From Owenia fusiformis (lineage: Eukaryota), in NCBI GenBank assembly GCA_903813345.2, contig CAIIXF020000001.1, positions 29,326,001 to 29,390,000 on the forward strand: a DNA stretch of 64,000 nt, read 5' to 3'. The position numbers and the translations under genes were made by a program. This document shows, piece after piece, positions 29,901 to 44,900 of the stretch. The stretch's first letter is position 1. Every line of letters starts with the position of its first letter. The notes under the pieces were generated by a model that was not told where the DNA came from, did not search any database, and saw nothing but the letters and a program-made list of their open reading frames with translations.

Positions 29901-32900
29901 GCCAGGGGCACATCTTTCACATCTTCTACCCTCATAGCCCTCGGGACATCCTCTGCATGTCACTTCATTATCAGAGTCCAAGAAGCACTCCCTGGTAAAT
30001 CTGAGACGGATATGATAGAAATTAATGTTATGCACAATACTGTATGAAAGTTGTTAACGGATTCAACAATTAATGGAACTTCCACTGATTCTTGGGTTTA
30101 GAATCAATTTCAATGTGGGGGTCTATTAGGGACCTATTAAGGAAACAAAAAATATGATCCTTGTTTGGTTTGGCATTACATTTTTTTCTTCAAAACCTGA
30201 TCCTAAGATGGCTTGTCACAAGAAGGCTGTGATACAATCAGCAGTTTCAACACATGTATATTTTCTATGAATAACCCCCTTTAAATGTGCTACCTATTGT
30301 AAGTGTGGTGCGTAATAAAATAGTGACTCACTGGTTGCTAGGCTCAGTTAGAGGGCATGGGCAGGCAAGACAATCAGTGGGGCTTCCTCTTCTTGCATCA
30401 CCATAGAAACCAGCACGACAAAGTTCGCACTGAGAGCCTTCAGTGTTGTGTTGGCAGTCCTGAAAAAAACAAATTGAATTATAGATCCAATTTTGTTTCA
30501 ATCATGGTCTGCACAGTGTTTCTCGCTACAGAACTTACTACAGTCAACATTTTAATTAACAATAATTTAAAACTATACATTTAGTAATATGGTTGATTTT
30601 CAGACCATCTCTGGATTGGTCAAATGTATACATTAATATAAGGCATTGTATCTTATCTACAGTACATCAATTGTTATTTACCTTGCATACTCCTGTAGCT
30701 TCATCACAGTCATTGGAGTGACCATTGCAGTTACAAGCCACACATTCTCCTAAGAAACGTCCTGTTTGGACACGTCTGAAACCTTTGGCACATTCCTGGA
30801 ATATTTATGAAGCGTCATATAGTTCAATTGATTTATGCAATTTATGGCTGAACAAAGACTTCAGGATGATAAAACATTAGATTACAGTAAACCTACATTC
30901 AAAACACCTTTCGTACCTCTCAACATTGCTTCACTCTGAGGTGTTCCACTCAGGACCTTGATTTTACATTAAGTTAATGAGCAACAGAACATCGAAAAAA
31001 GTTCCATTATGGAGGTGTTTCATTTCAAAATGAATTCTATATTTCCCTACCTCACAAGACAGTCCTGTGTAGCCTGTTGGACAGGCACACTCCTCTACCA
31101 ACACAGCTCTGCCTCTACCAGTGTCCTGTGGAACAGCCCGATCCATCACAACATTACCTACAAAACAAGACAGCGTACAAAACTTTGAAATGTTTTTGAT
31201 TTCGTTTTTTATTCCCTGGGATGAATCCCCGGTCACTAAATCTCCATGAACAGTATTAGGTTATTGATGGCTACCTATTATCCAAAGTGAAAACCATCAT
31301 CAACTCTTTTAATCTCATAATAGGTGTGCATAGTACTATTACTTCAGTCAAACATTAATCGTGCATGCATTTTACCTATTCTGACTTCCTCTTGGAATGA
31401 GTCGAATGTTGCTTTAATCATGATGTAGTCAATATTAGCTAGCACCACCATGATGTCATCTCTAGATGCTGGGTTAGATATAGGAATGTCTCCTCTTGGG
31501 GGAGGGTTTGTTTCATCTCTAGACCAATCTCCCTGGAGAGCAAATATTAGAAGTTCATCAATTGTCATTTACCCATAATATAAATTAAAATTATAAAATA
31601 AATTCTAAGTGCATTAATTTTAAATTACACATGAATGCACAGTTGTCTCCCTGATGAGGCATCAGTGTCTATATTAGCATAAATGGCATGAAAGCATGCG
31701 ATACAAATCTTTGAAACTACACTCATCTTTTGTATTCATTTTTTAAATCATTATTAAGGAATTATTCATGCTGATAAAATCAAATCAATCTATCGTACAA
31801 GAATAAAGAGAGTTTAAACTGAAAGTTTGAATTAATTCATCAAAAATCAAATATAGTACATTGGCTACAAAAAATTCCTAGAACAACCGACTCAATGGCA
31901 ATCTATATTAAAGCAGTGAAATTAGGATATTGTAAGTGTAAACCCACCTCTTGGAATATAACATCCCATGTCTCTTGTCGGTTATTCTGTGGTTGGTTTG
32001 GTCTTCGGTAGTAGAGAGTGCGTCCATTGCCACTGATTATGATATCAGCATCATCTGTTGTGGGACGGGGCACGGATTGGGTCTCAAAGAAGACTGTAAA
32101 GTGAAGTCCTCCTCCATTACTGTTCAGCTGGAATGTACATTATTATGTTCATATATATCATAACATTCAAATAGTGAATACAAAATTGTACTGGTAGTCG
32201 TTTAGGGTTCAAAAGCTCTGGCATTTTTGGCTTGTCAATATCCTCCTACGATTTCTCTCAATATCAACATTCTAAAGAAATTTTCTCAGTGTATTCCTAA
32301 TTTCCTTTTGTTTTACTGCAAAGATCTATCAATACCTGGTTGCCAAGGAACTGTCTGGGGAGAGACCAGTAGAAAGTTCCCCTCTGGACTCTGTTGTAGT
32401 AATTGTTCACCACAAATTCTCTAGAAGAGGCAACATAGTCTACTACAGTGGCATCGAGCTCCTGGGACCTGTCCTTCTTCATTAATGGAAGTTGGTTTCC
32501 GAGAACAATCTGGAGGAAAATCAGTATATTCTACAGTGCTGTTTTTTGTGTTCAAAACTTCAAGAACAGAATAAATAAAACATTAGGATTAAAAATCAAA
32601 ATGTATATCCATTTGCAAGTTTGAAAAACACATTTTGGGAGAGTTGAAAGTAAACTATTGAGTGCTGATGTAGTTCATTCCACTTCTGTTTTTAGTCAAG
32701 TGATTTTGAATACATATCTATACCAAGATGTGGCATATGATGTAGTTCATTTTAAAAAATTGAGTTTATTTTATTTCTAAGATGTGAGATGAATTAGCTA
32801 TATGGATGTGTATGCCAGATGGCTTTCAAAGAAAGTTACTTCAATATGCATACATAGGTACATACAAATATTGGATCTCTGGCACATTTATTTCAAATTT

Positions 32901-35900
32901 TTTATAAATATTATATGTTTTCCATATTAACATATGATTCAAGATTTACCTGTGAGTTGAACAGATTACTACTGGTACACTGCTTGGTGAGACCAGAGCA
33001 GAAACAAGTAAGACAATCACTACGGTCCCTTGCAGCCACATTGAACTCTGGAGGTTGGCAGATACCTGATTGAACTGAAACAGCAAGACCATGAATATAT
33101 CAATATACATGTATTATATCATTCATTAAAAAGTAAAAATAACACACCTTTATGTTGTCTTCCATATAATAAGGTAGTAAAACCTAAACATCTGTACAAT
33201 AAGAACAATCAAATAAACCTTTTAGGATTTTTAGGATTAGAGTCTAAACAGATCAATACTGCATATCAATGACATTTTACCTTTAACAGTGACAATTGTA
33301 TCAGGGATGGCAAACTTTGATCCTTTGTTGTTGATTGCTTCACAAGTGTAGGCACCCTGGTCAGCATCAGTGATCTAGTAAAACAGATCAAATACATCAT
33401 AAGGGGACTAACATATCAAAGGGTATTCAAAGGAAATGAGTTAATAAATGTTGCTTTCTAATTTTAGTCTCACACATACACAGGAATTGTTTAACAATGT
33501 ATTTTTGATTTATTTATATGAATATTATTTATATCATATATCATTTTAATATATATTAAGACATGGCTAGTAATGCCAGTATGGCACAGCCATTGAAATA
33601 AATTAATATAAAAAAAGAAAAGAAATGCAGTTTATCAATAATAGTATGTAGCATGTGTAGATAAGCACATCAGAATTTCTCTGAAACTGAACATAAAAAA
33701 TGCATTCTAATCCATTGTATTGTAATAAGACTCCATGAGAAATATAATGCTCCTAGAAATATTCATTATGAAAGAAATATTGAATTATTTTACCTGACGT
33801 ATAGTAATTGTTCCCCTTCCATTCTCACTGACTGATGTTACTCGTGGTGGTTTACCAGTATGTCCCCAGTTCAACCTCCACACAATCAGTGGGGTAGGGA
33901 CCCCTGTAGCCTCACAGGTTATAGTAATGGTGCCTCCTCTCTCCACCATCTTCATGCTGGGTGGGGGTACAATAACAGTGGGTGGTGCTTGAAAAGAATT
34001 AAAGTAAATAAATACATCATTTCTTTATGTGAATTCTTGGATTTTTCTTAAGAAAGATCTCAAAACATGACAGAAATACAGAGTGACCAAAAAAAAACAG
34101 AGCACACAAATCTTTGAATAAAAGTAATGGGTTCTGCCTGTTTGGGGCCAAAAGAAATTCTTACCACATCCTATCTCATCTGATCGGTCTTGACAATCAA
34201 TTTCTCCATCACACTGGTAGCTTTGGGGTATACACTGGTCCCTAGACAGACACTGGTATTCATCAGCTCTACATGGGGCACCAGGCTCAGCAGTGGCTGT
34301 AAATTGCGAAAGTATTTGTACAAGTCAGCATGAAGAATCACATGTGCTTTGACATAAAGTATACTGGTATGTTATATAGGCACTTTAAGAGCTCAGATCT
34401 GGAGTCATTAATATTATTTACATTTTGATGTGGAGAATGGTTTGTGATTTTTATCAATATGATCAATGATTCTTTCAACTAATTATTCACACATATTGAA
34501 AAGATGAACTTACGACAATTGGTTTCATCAGATCCATCCCCACAATCATCATCTCCGTCACATTTCCAGATCTTCTGTGCGCACTTGCCATTGTTACACA
34601 TGAACTCATTGGGTTCACATGGCAATAGGTTGGTACATGCCCTCTCATCAGAACCATCAGTACAATCCCTGTCTCCATCACAAAGGTAGTCTTTAGGTAT
34701 ACACTGGCCATTGGAGCATGTTGCCTCTTCTCTTTCACATTTGCCTCCTATTGGTGGCTCACGTGTTGGACCAACTGAAAATATATTTTATCATTTATAA
34801 TGGAATTATATTTCAACTTGTATTTGTACTATTTTATATAATTTAAGAACACAATGGGCCAATCCCAAAATGATATATTCTGTTTCATAAAAACAAGATT
34901 TCACTTTACAAAATGGTCTGTTATAGATATGATACTTCTGCAATTTAATTGTACATGTAATGCCACATCATGTAGACAACATTAGACTTACATGGATCAA
35001 CAAAGAGTCTGGCAGTAGCTGTGGCTGACTGGCCACTCCTGGGGTCCACTGCTGTACAAACATAACTCCCAGAGTCACTAGGTCTTGATGAACTGATCGT
35101 CAATCTGCCATTAACCTCTGAGGCAGAATTTGGGAGACCCTGAAGCAAACAAAATTCCACAAAAGTATTAAATACTCCACCAATACTTGTAAATGTATTA
35201 AGTACATTAACGTCTTGTTGGTGTCTTTCAAATATTACTTATGAATATTTCATACTATGTAATATATTACATACAGGGACCAGGGTGTCCATAATGTCTC
35301 TTTACACTTTACATGTACATTGGAATTGTAAAGAGACTTGATCTCAATATTGTATTCCTTGCAACCTGGTTTTGATTGCTCTTTATGGTTACCAACCAAT
35401 GGGTAGGTATGACTGCCTAAAACAACAATATATTTTCCTACCTCGTTTCCCTTACTCCACCTTACAACAGGGGTTGGATTGCCAGTAGCTGTACACATGA
35501 AGACAGCTTCCTGTCCCTCTCTGATCCTCATCTGGCCGGGAGATACAGTCACGTCAATCCTGACAGCTGTAATACACACAAATAAATATACATATTGGTG
35601 TACAGTATTATATACATGCCTTGTTTAGAGTATAGAGATTGATAGCCTGGAATTTAAATAGAACTCTTTCTCATTAGCGATCTAGCATGTGTACTATAAC
35701 TCCACAACACTATTTTAATTTAAAATTAGTCAAATTAAGCCACAATTTCATTTTAATATATTGTATATCTTGTTTAACTTTCATATTGAATCAGTATCTA
35801 AAATAATTACAGTACAGTTATGAATCCAATCTTATAACAAGTCACATCAGATTCATCATTCACTCCTCATTGATGCAAGTGGAGTCAAAGGGGCTAAATA

Positions 35901-38900
35901 TTGCAAGCAAGCACATGCAGGGATGGAAGTGTAAATCTAACTAAATATATAACTATAAAGACAGTTTTGAGGAAATACAGGGTGACACAAAAATGCAATC
36001 CTTGCATCCAATGCAATTTTTGATGACTTCCTCAATTATGATGGAGTCTTCTTGATTTATCAAGGTAGTTTTTATGAAACAGTGGTATAGCATCAATGAC
36101 TTTGCAATCTACAAAAACACTCACGTAAAATAATCCAAAAACAAAAGATGCAATTTTCTGAATTTGGGATTTCTTCTATCTGCCATCATTTGAGTCATTT
36201 CAAGATTACTTTCATACATATTATCAATAATTGTATATACCATAATAACCATTTTATGGAGTAAATTTGTAAATGGTAATGAATGACTTGATTTCTGAAC
36301 TTTTCAAGTGATTTTGAATGAGGACAACTCAAGATGGAAGACATGACTTCTCCTTGATTTCTCATTGATGCCATATACTGTTTTACACATTGACCACTTT
36401 ATCTACACAGCAAAATTCACTAAGAGTGTTAATTAGAGAACTGCATTTTTGTGACACCTTGTATTTTTATATTACTATGTTTTTTCATTAATTGATAATA
36501 TGAATCCCATCTTACAACATGTCACATCAGATTCATCTGATCCATCACTACAGTCTTCTGAACCATCACACATTCCATTAACATCTATACACTCTCCATT
36601 GGTGCATGTGAATTGTTCAGTGGAGCATGTTTTAGGAGCAATTGTAGCTAAAATATGAAGCAAGCACACATGCAACAAATAAGCAAAAAGAGGGTGTTTT
36701 TAAATACCTTTTTGATTCATTTAACTAATAGAGAGAGAAAAGCAAAATTTATCACTAATTCACCTGGCAAGGCAGGGTCAAAGCTATACAAGTGAACTCA
36801 TGTCATGAGTGTAATTTTTTAAAAAAATGTGTCCAACTCACGACAAGTAGTTTCATCTGAGCCATCACTACAGTCTTCCAAATTGTCACATTTCTTTTCT
36901 ATATCAATACATTCCCCATTGCTACATGTAAACTCACTAGCCTTGCATGTGACAGTTGGTGCTACAATATGATCACACATTGGAATGTTGAGGTTTTAAA
37001 AGTATACCTTGTTGTAACACCCTTATAATGTGTAACGAATAAGATATTGTGGGATTTATTTGGGATGGTATAGGGAATATATTTTCATTCTCCTTACGAC
37101 AGATGCTATAATGCTAATTGTAATGTATGTTCACATTAAATCCATCTATTAATATTACAGTATTTCACTAAAAATATGACAAACTTTCACACTTTCACAG
37201 CGAGGGACACAAATGCAAACACAACATGTTCTAAACCACATGACTTCTGACAGACATAAATGCTACAACAATGATCAAAATGCACCTTTATGAAATTCTA
37301 CGAACGTGAAAACACTAAATTATGTAGACATATAGAGTATGTGTGTTTATACAGATATGTGTGTATTAAATATGCAGTTATATGTAGGTTGTCAAAATGC
37401 ACCTTTATGAAATTCTACGAACGTGAAAACACTAAATCATGTAGACATATAGAGTATGTGTGTTTTTACAGATATGTGTGTATTAAATATGCAGTTATAT
37501 GTAGGTTGTCAAAATGCGGCAAACTTCATGATATACGGTACTATGATATGTGGCGTCATTTTTGCAAGTTGACTCACAGCAGTATGATTCATCAGATCCA
37601 TCTTGACAGTCTGCCTGTACACCATCACACTTGAATAACTTATCAATACACTCCCCATCATCACATTGGAACTCATCTGCACCACATTCCCCAGCCTCTG
37701 GACCTGGGGCTACAACAGCATGGGCAACAATGGGGGCATAATAAGCAGGGAGTTAGAGCTTAATACAAAACAGCCATCAATTTGTAAAAGAAAAGCATTT
37801 ACATCTACTGTATACTTATAAAACCAAACGGCATGCAGAAAACGCAAAATATTAACTAAAGGAAGTCTTAAATAAACAGTAAGAATGAGGATATCATTAT
37901 CGGATAACAATGATGTCCCTCATCTATTTTTAATGACTATCATTTAAATGAGGGAGCAGTACTATTGTATAAGATGGGTTTAATCTAGGACTACAGTAAA
38001 GGGTTAACTAACTAACTACTACTATTATTGAAAAATATAAAGAGAAAAAAAATATGAGAGTTATCCTTCCACCTGAAATGTCTTCAACCTTTAAATACTG
38101 CAATACCAGTAGATATGAACTCCTTTATTAAAATAAACAACTATGTAACACAGCCAAGCGTCAGGCGCTAAAAGTGTTAAACTTAATAAGTTTGGTCCTG
38201 GTAGTGTGCACTTACCACATCCAGTTTCATCAGATCCATCTGCACAATCATTGCGTCTATCACATTTCCTTCGAGCATCAATACATGTGCCATCCCCGCA
38301 TCTGAATTCTCTGTCAGTGCAACGAACTGGAGCTAAAGCAAATAAATAAGAATAAACATTTAATTATGGACTATTTGAGGGTTTATTTGAATGTACAAGA
38401 ATCAACATACAAATAAAGTCTAACATACATAAAAGTTAAATAAATCAATCTTACAAATGGCCTATATTGTCATATTCTTCTATTTCGAAAGTGCATGCCC
38501 TCATATATTTTATATGCCCATAAAACTATTGATCTTTTTATATCGACATATCTTCTACAATATCAAACTATTGAATCCCTGACAAATGTTAGTTATATAA
38601 AACTAAATTATAAATTATAATGCAAACAAAAAACAATACCCTAAAATAAGAATTATCATTAGTATAGCTTCCTGAAGGCTTATATATATATATAAGCGAG
38701 ATTCAAAAGATTGTATACATGTATGTCTTTAAACAATAAATGTATGCCCAGTCTTGAAGAGCAAAAAGAAAGAACACAGCAACAGCATGTAGAGTATTTT
38801 CCTATACTTCCAATACGAAATACTTACGACAAGTAGTTTCAGATTCATCTGAACTATCAGAGCAATCTTCTCTCCCGTCACATTTCCTTCTTACATCAAT

Positions 38901-41900
38901 ACATTCTCCATTATCACAAGTAAACTCGTTAGTTGTGCACTCAAGTGAAGCTATAACAATTTGGGAAAACTTAAATAAGCGCACAGGCCAATGAAAATAT
39001 TACTTCACGCAGGAAAATGCAAAGGCAGCAAATAAAGTCTGTACACCAACATATAGCAAACCTGTAGCAATCTAAATAATAACCAATTCTGAGTAAATAG
39101 TCAATTTTGGTTAGACTTACGACAAGTAATTTCAGACTCATCTGAACTATCAGAACAATCATCTCTCCCGTCACATTTCCTTCTTACATCAATACATTCT
39201 CCGTTATCACAAGTGAACTCGTTAGTTGTGCACTCAACTGAAGCTAAAAGGGGAAAACTTAAATAAGCGCACAGGCCAATAAAAATATTGCTTCACGCAG
39301 GAAAATGCAAAGGCAGCAAATAAAGTCTGTACACCAACATATAGCAAACCTGTAGCAGTCTAAATAATAATAAACTCTTGAGTATATGATCAATTTTGGC
39401 TAGACTTACGACAAGTAATTTCAGACTCATCTGAACTATCAGAGCAATCTTCTCTCCCGTCACATTTCCTTCTTACATCAATACATTCTCCATTATCACA
39501 AGTAAACTCGTTAGTTGTGCACTCAACTGAAGCTATAACAATTTGGGAAAACTTAAATAAGCGCACAGGGCAATGAAAATAACTTCACGGACATTAATTA
39601 ATGCAAAGGCAGCAATAAACCGATGATTTTACCATCAGTAAGTAAAATAGTCAGTAAAATGAACTTAAATGTCAAAGGCCGACAGGAAAAAAACACTCAG
39701 GCTATAGCTGAAAACTTAAATAAGAGAAGAGGCAGGATTCTTATGGCTTTCCAAATTGGAAAAGGCCATTTAAGCCTAAAATTAAATTATGAAAATGCGT
39801 GAGCAAGCAGGACTGAACTTACGACAAGTAGTTTCAGATTCATCTGATCCATCAGAACAATCATCTCTCTCGTCACATTTCCTTCTTATATCAATACATT
39901 CTCCATTATCACATGTGAACTCGTTAGTGGTGCACTCAACTGAAGCTATAAAAATGGGGGAATTAAACAAGCGCGTGCCTTGGCCTATATTACTCTGCGC
40001 TGGGACATGTATAAGCAACAAGTTAATAGTAAACTGAAGACCAAAAACAAGCAACAATCTAAATAATAAACTCTTCAAGTAAATAAGCATTGTGGATAAC
40101 ACTTACGACAAGTAATTTCAGATTCATCTGAACCATCAGAACAATCAACTCCCCCATCGCATTTCTGTGTTATATCAATACATTCTCCATTATCACAAGT
40201 AAACTCGTTAGTTGTGCACTCAACTGAAGCTATAATTAGGGGAAAACTAGATAAGCGCACAGGCCAATAAAATAATACTTCAAACTCATTAACGCAAAAG
40301 TAAAATACATGATTTGGTAAATTACTAAACAAATAGCTACATACTGAAGCAATTTGGGCAAAATTTACACTAAATAGTTCAACATTTATCTGAATATCAC
40401 TCACTCATTACTGGTAACACAAAACTGAGGCATTAAGTGAAACTTAAATAAGAACAGGATGCATATTTCTTCATGCAGTCAGTAAAGGTAAACAAACATG
40501 GCAAAAAGGTAAGCAGAATGAAAAAAACTTTTTAACAAGAGTGGATCGAACTTACGACAAGTTGTTTCAGATTCATCTGAACCATCAAAACAATCATCTC
40601 TCCCGTCACATTTCCTTCTTACATCAATACATTCTCCATTATCACAAGTAAACTCGTTAGTTGTGCACTCAACTGAAGCTATAAAAATGGGGGAATTAAA
40701 CAAGCGTGTGCCTTGGCCAATATTATTTTGCGCTGGGACATGTATAAGCAACAAGTTAATAGTAAACTGAAGACCAAAAACAAGCAACAATCTAAATAAT
40801 GAATTCTTCAAGTAAATAAGCATTGTGGATAACACTTACGACAAGTAATTTCAGATTCATCTGAACCATCAGAACAATCAACTCCCCCATCGCATTTCTG
40901 TGTTATATCAATACATTCTCCATTATCACAAGTAAACTCGTTAGTTGTGCACTCAACTGAAGCTATAATTTTGGGAAAACTAGATAAGCGCACAGGCCAA
41001 TAAAAATAACTTCAAACTCATTAACACAAAAGTAAAATACATGATTTGGTAAATTATCAAACAAATAGCTACATACTGAAGCAATTTAGGCAAAATATAC
41101 ACTAAATAGTTCAACATTTATCTGAAAATCACTCACTCATTACTGGTAACACAAAACTGAGGCATTAAGTGAAAACTTAATAAGAACAGGATGCTTATTT
41201 CTTCATGCAGTCAGTAAACAAACGTGGCAAAAAGGTAAGCAGAATGAAAAAAACTTTTTTTTACAAGAGTGGATCGAACTTACGACAAGTTGTTTCAGAT
41301 TCATCTGAACCATCAAAACAATCATCTCTCCCGTCACATTTCCTTCTTATATCAATACATTCTCCATCATCACATGTGAACTCATTAGTTGTGCACTCAA
41401 CTGAAGCTATAAAAATTGGGGGAATTAAACAAGCGCGTGCCTTGGCCTATATTACTCTGCGCTGGGACATGTATAAGCAACAAGTTAATAGTAAACTGTT
41501 GATAAACAAGCAGCAATCCAATCAATAAACTCTTGAAGTAATACTAAGCAATTAGGACCCCAGTTATGCTAGAATTTTGGGTAAAGTTAAATAGGTGCAA
41601 AGGCCAAGTCAGTACATCAAAGATAGCAAACCTGTAGCAATCTAAATAATAACGAAATTTTAAGTATATGATCAATTTTGGCTAGACTTACGACAAGTAA
41701 TTTCAGATTCATCTGAACTATCAGAACAATCTTCTCTCCCGTCACATTTCCTTCTTACATCAATACATTCTCCATTATCACAAGTAAACTCGTTAGTTGT
41801 GCACTCAACTGAAGCTAAAAGGGGAAAACTTAAATAAGCGCACAGGCCAATAAAAATATTGCTTCACGCAGGAAAATGCAAAGGCAGCAAATTATGTCAG

Positions 41901-44900
41901 GACACTAAAATATAGCAAACCTGTAGCAGTCTAAATAATAATGAACTCTTGAGTATATGATCAAAGGCTAAACTTACAACAAGTAATTTCAGACTCATCT
42001 GAACTATCAGAACAATCTTCTCTCCCGTCACATTTCCTTCTTACATCAATACATTCTCCGTTATCACAAGTAAACTCGTTAGTTGTGCACTCAATTGAAG
42101 CTATAACAATTTGGGAAAACTTAAATAAGCGCACAGGCCAATGAAAATATTACTTCACGCAGGAAAATGCAGAGGCAGCAAATAAAGTCTGTACACCAAC
42201 ATATAGCAAACCTGTAGCAATCTCAATAATAACCAATTCTGAGTAAATAATCAATTTTGGCTAGACTTACGACAAGTAATTTCGGATTCATCTGAACTAT
42301 CAGAGCAATCTTCTCTCCCATCACATTTTCTTCTTACATCAATACATTCTCCATTATCACAAGTAAACTCGTTAGTTGTGCACTCAACTGAAGCTATAAT
42401 TAGGGGAAAAACTTAGATAAGCGCACAGGCCAATAAAATAATACTTCCCACTTATAAATGCAAAGGCACCAATCGCCAACAAGTAATAATACTAGATAGT
42501 AATACTACCTCTACATATTGGAGAGGAAGTATCATATTAATCTCATTAGTGGTGTATTTAACTGATGATATTACTAATTATTTATGTGCAACTTCAACTT
42601 TGACTTACGACAAGTAGTTTCAGATTCATCTGAACCATCAAAACAATCTTCTCTCCCGTCACATTTCCTTCTTACATCAATACATTCTCCATTATCACAT
42701 GTAAACTCGTTAGTTGTGCACTCAACTGAAGCTATAATTAGGGGAAAACTTAGATAAGCGCACAGGCCAATGAAAATAACTTTACAGACATTAATTAATG
42801 CAAAGGCAGCAATAAGCCAATGATTTCGCAAATTAACCATCAGTAAGTAAAACAGTCAGTAAAATAAACTTAAATGTCAAAGGCTGACAGAAAAAACACC
42901 CAGGCTATAGCTGAAAACTTAAATAATAGAAGAGGCAGGATTCTTATGGCTTTCCAATTTGGAAAAGGCCATGATTTAAGACTAAAAATGAAATAATGAA
43001 AACTTAGATAAGCGCACAAGCCAATTAAACATCGCTCAACACTTGTTGATGCAAAGGCAAATTGGACGATACATACACATGTAGAACCAAATTTACATGA
43101 CTGATTAGTGGTAAAATAACATCAACTGATGCAGGAGGTAAAACTTAAGATGGTTAATACAAAAGTAGGTTAAACATTGGTTTGTGCAAAGTCAGGGAAG
43201 TAAACTAATATGACAACAGACCAAAATATATATGATAAAAATGTTTAAGCAAGCTGGACTGAACTTAAAGACAAGTAGTTTCAGATTCATCTGAACTATC
43301 AGAAGAATTGTGTTTCCTGTCACATTTCCTTCTTACATCAATACATCTTCCATTATCACAAGTAAACTCGTTAGTTGTGCACTCAACTGAAACTATAATT
43401 TGGAGAAAACTAGATACATATGTAAGTGCACAGACCAATAAAATACAATTTGAATAACACACACCAATATATTTTACGAGGCATAATAAGCAATGTGAAC
43501 TAGACACAGATTCTAATGAATGGGGAGGAGGAACATAAAAATAAACTACCTTAAACATCATATGGCAAAACATACTGGTAGAAAGTACAAAAGCTGTTCT
43601 AATAATCAGTTTACAAAGGACAATCTAACTAAACATAATAGTATGGTCAGCAAAGGAAAATAAATCAGGAGGGAAAATGCCAATTGGAATAACCAAGGGC
43701 TGACATTACCTAACCCTAGAACATAAACCTACAAGCACATTAATGCAAGGGGAGAGTTTGGAATGCACTTACGACATGTTGCAACAGATTCATCTGATCC
43801 GTCCGAACAGTCCTCTCTATTGTCACATTTCCTTCGGATATCAATGCACTCTCCAGTGCCACAGGTAAATTCATACGCTGTGCACTCTTTTCTTGCTACA
43901 ACCAACCACATTAACAAAATAAACACATGTGTCCTACAGTATGCCAGGTAAAACCACAGCAAGGTGGCCACAAGGAAATTTGAGCTTATATGTACAGGTG
44001 TATCAAAGATTCTTTTTAAAAGAAAAAAATGCAAAAGAGATGACAGAAATAAACCAATATCTAACCTTATAACCTAAAACACTATTTCAGTTGAGAAAGT
44101 AGCTCAAGAATGAGATAAGAAATAGATAGAGACAGAAAGAAGACTATCGAGATTGTATACTAAGCAAACAAGATTACTTGGTAGACAATACTTACGACAA
44201 GTAGTTTCAGATTCATCAGATCCATCAGAGCAATCCTTATATATGTCACATTTCCTTCTTATGTCAATACATTCCCCATTGTCACATGTAAACTCATTAG
44301 CGGTGCATTCTACAGTTGAGACTACAATGTGATATTCAAACATTATTAGCGCACAAGCACATGTTAGACAAAAAGCAAACATACACATTTTAGCAGAGGA
44401 TGTTATTTAACCCCCATTGTCATAAGTAGTAACAGAGTGTATCATAAAGATGTGAGTTAAAAGTGATATTCAAACATCATTAGTTAACAATCAGATGCTA
44501 GACAAACATTTTAACAGCTCTTGACATATATGAAACAACAAAAATAACATTCAATGCAAATATTTTCTTCAAATATGAGTGTTATGAACATTTGGCCCAA
44601 GAGCACCCAACCAACCCTACCAAATCATTATTTTTACAAATATGATTTACACAGGGTTTGATGTTTCTTAGTTTTTGGACTTACGACAAGTTGTTTCAGA
44701 TTCATCTGAACCATCAGTACATTCACTTCTCCCATCACATTTCCTTCTTACATCAATACATTCCCCATTGTCACATGTAAACTCATTAGTGGTACACTCT
44801 ACTTTGACTAAAATGTGATATTCAAACATTGTTAGCGCACAAGCAAGGATCACACATAGTGAATGAAGGAGAATCAGATAGAGAGAGAGAGAGCTGAGCA

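Noticed and set aside
37290-37634. 114-aa plus-strand ORF with a duplicated 39-aa block
   Set aside because: It arises from the 117-bp intronic tandem duplication and has no recognisable protein features.
38800-43400. Regularly spaced near-identical repeats with variable spacers, superficially CRISPR-like
   Set aside because: The repeats are 123-nt coding exons with GT/AG borders in a eukaryotic gene, the spacers are related introns, and there are no cas genes.
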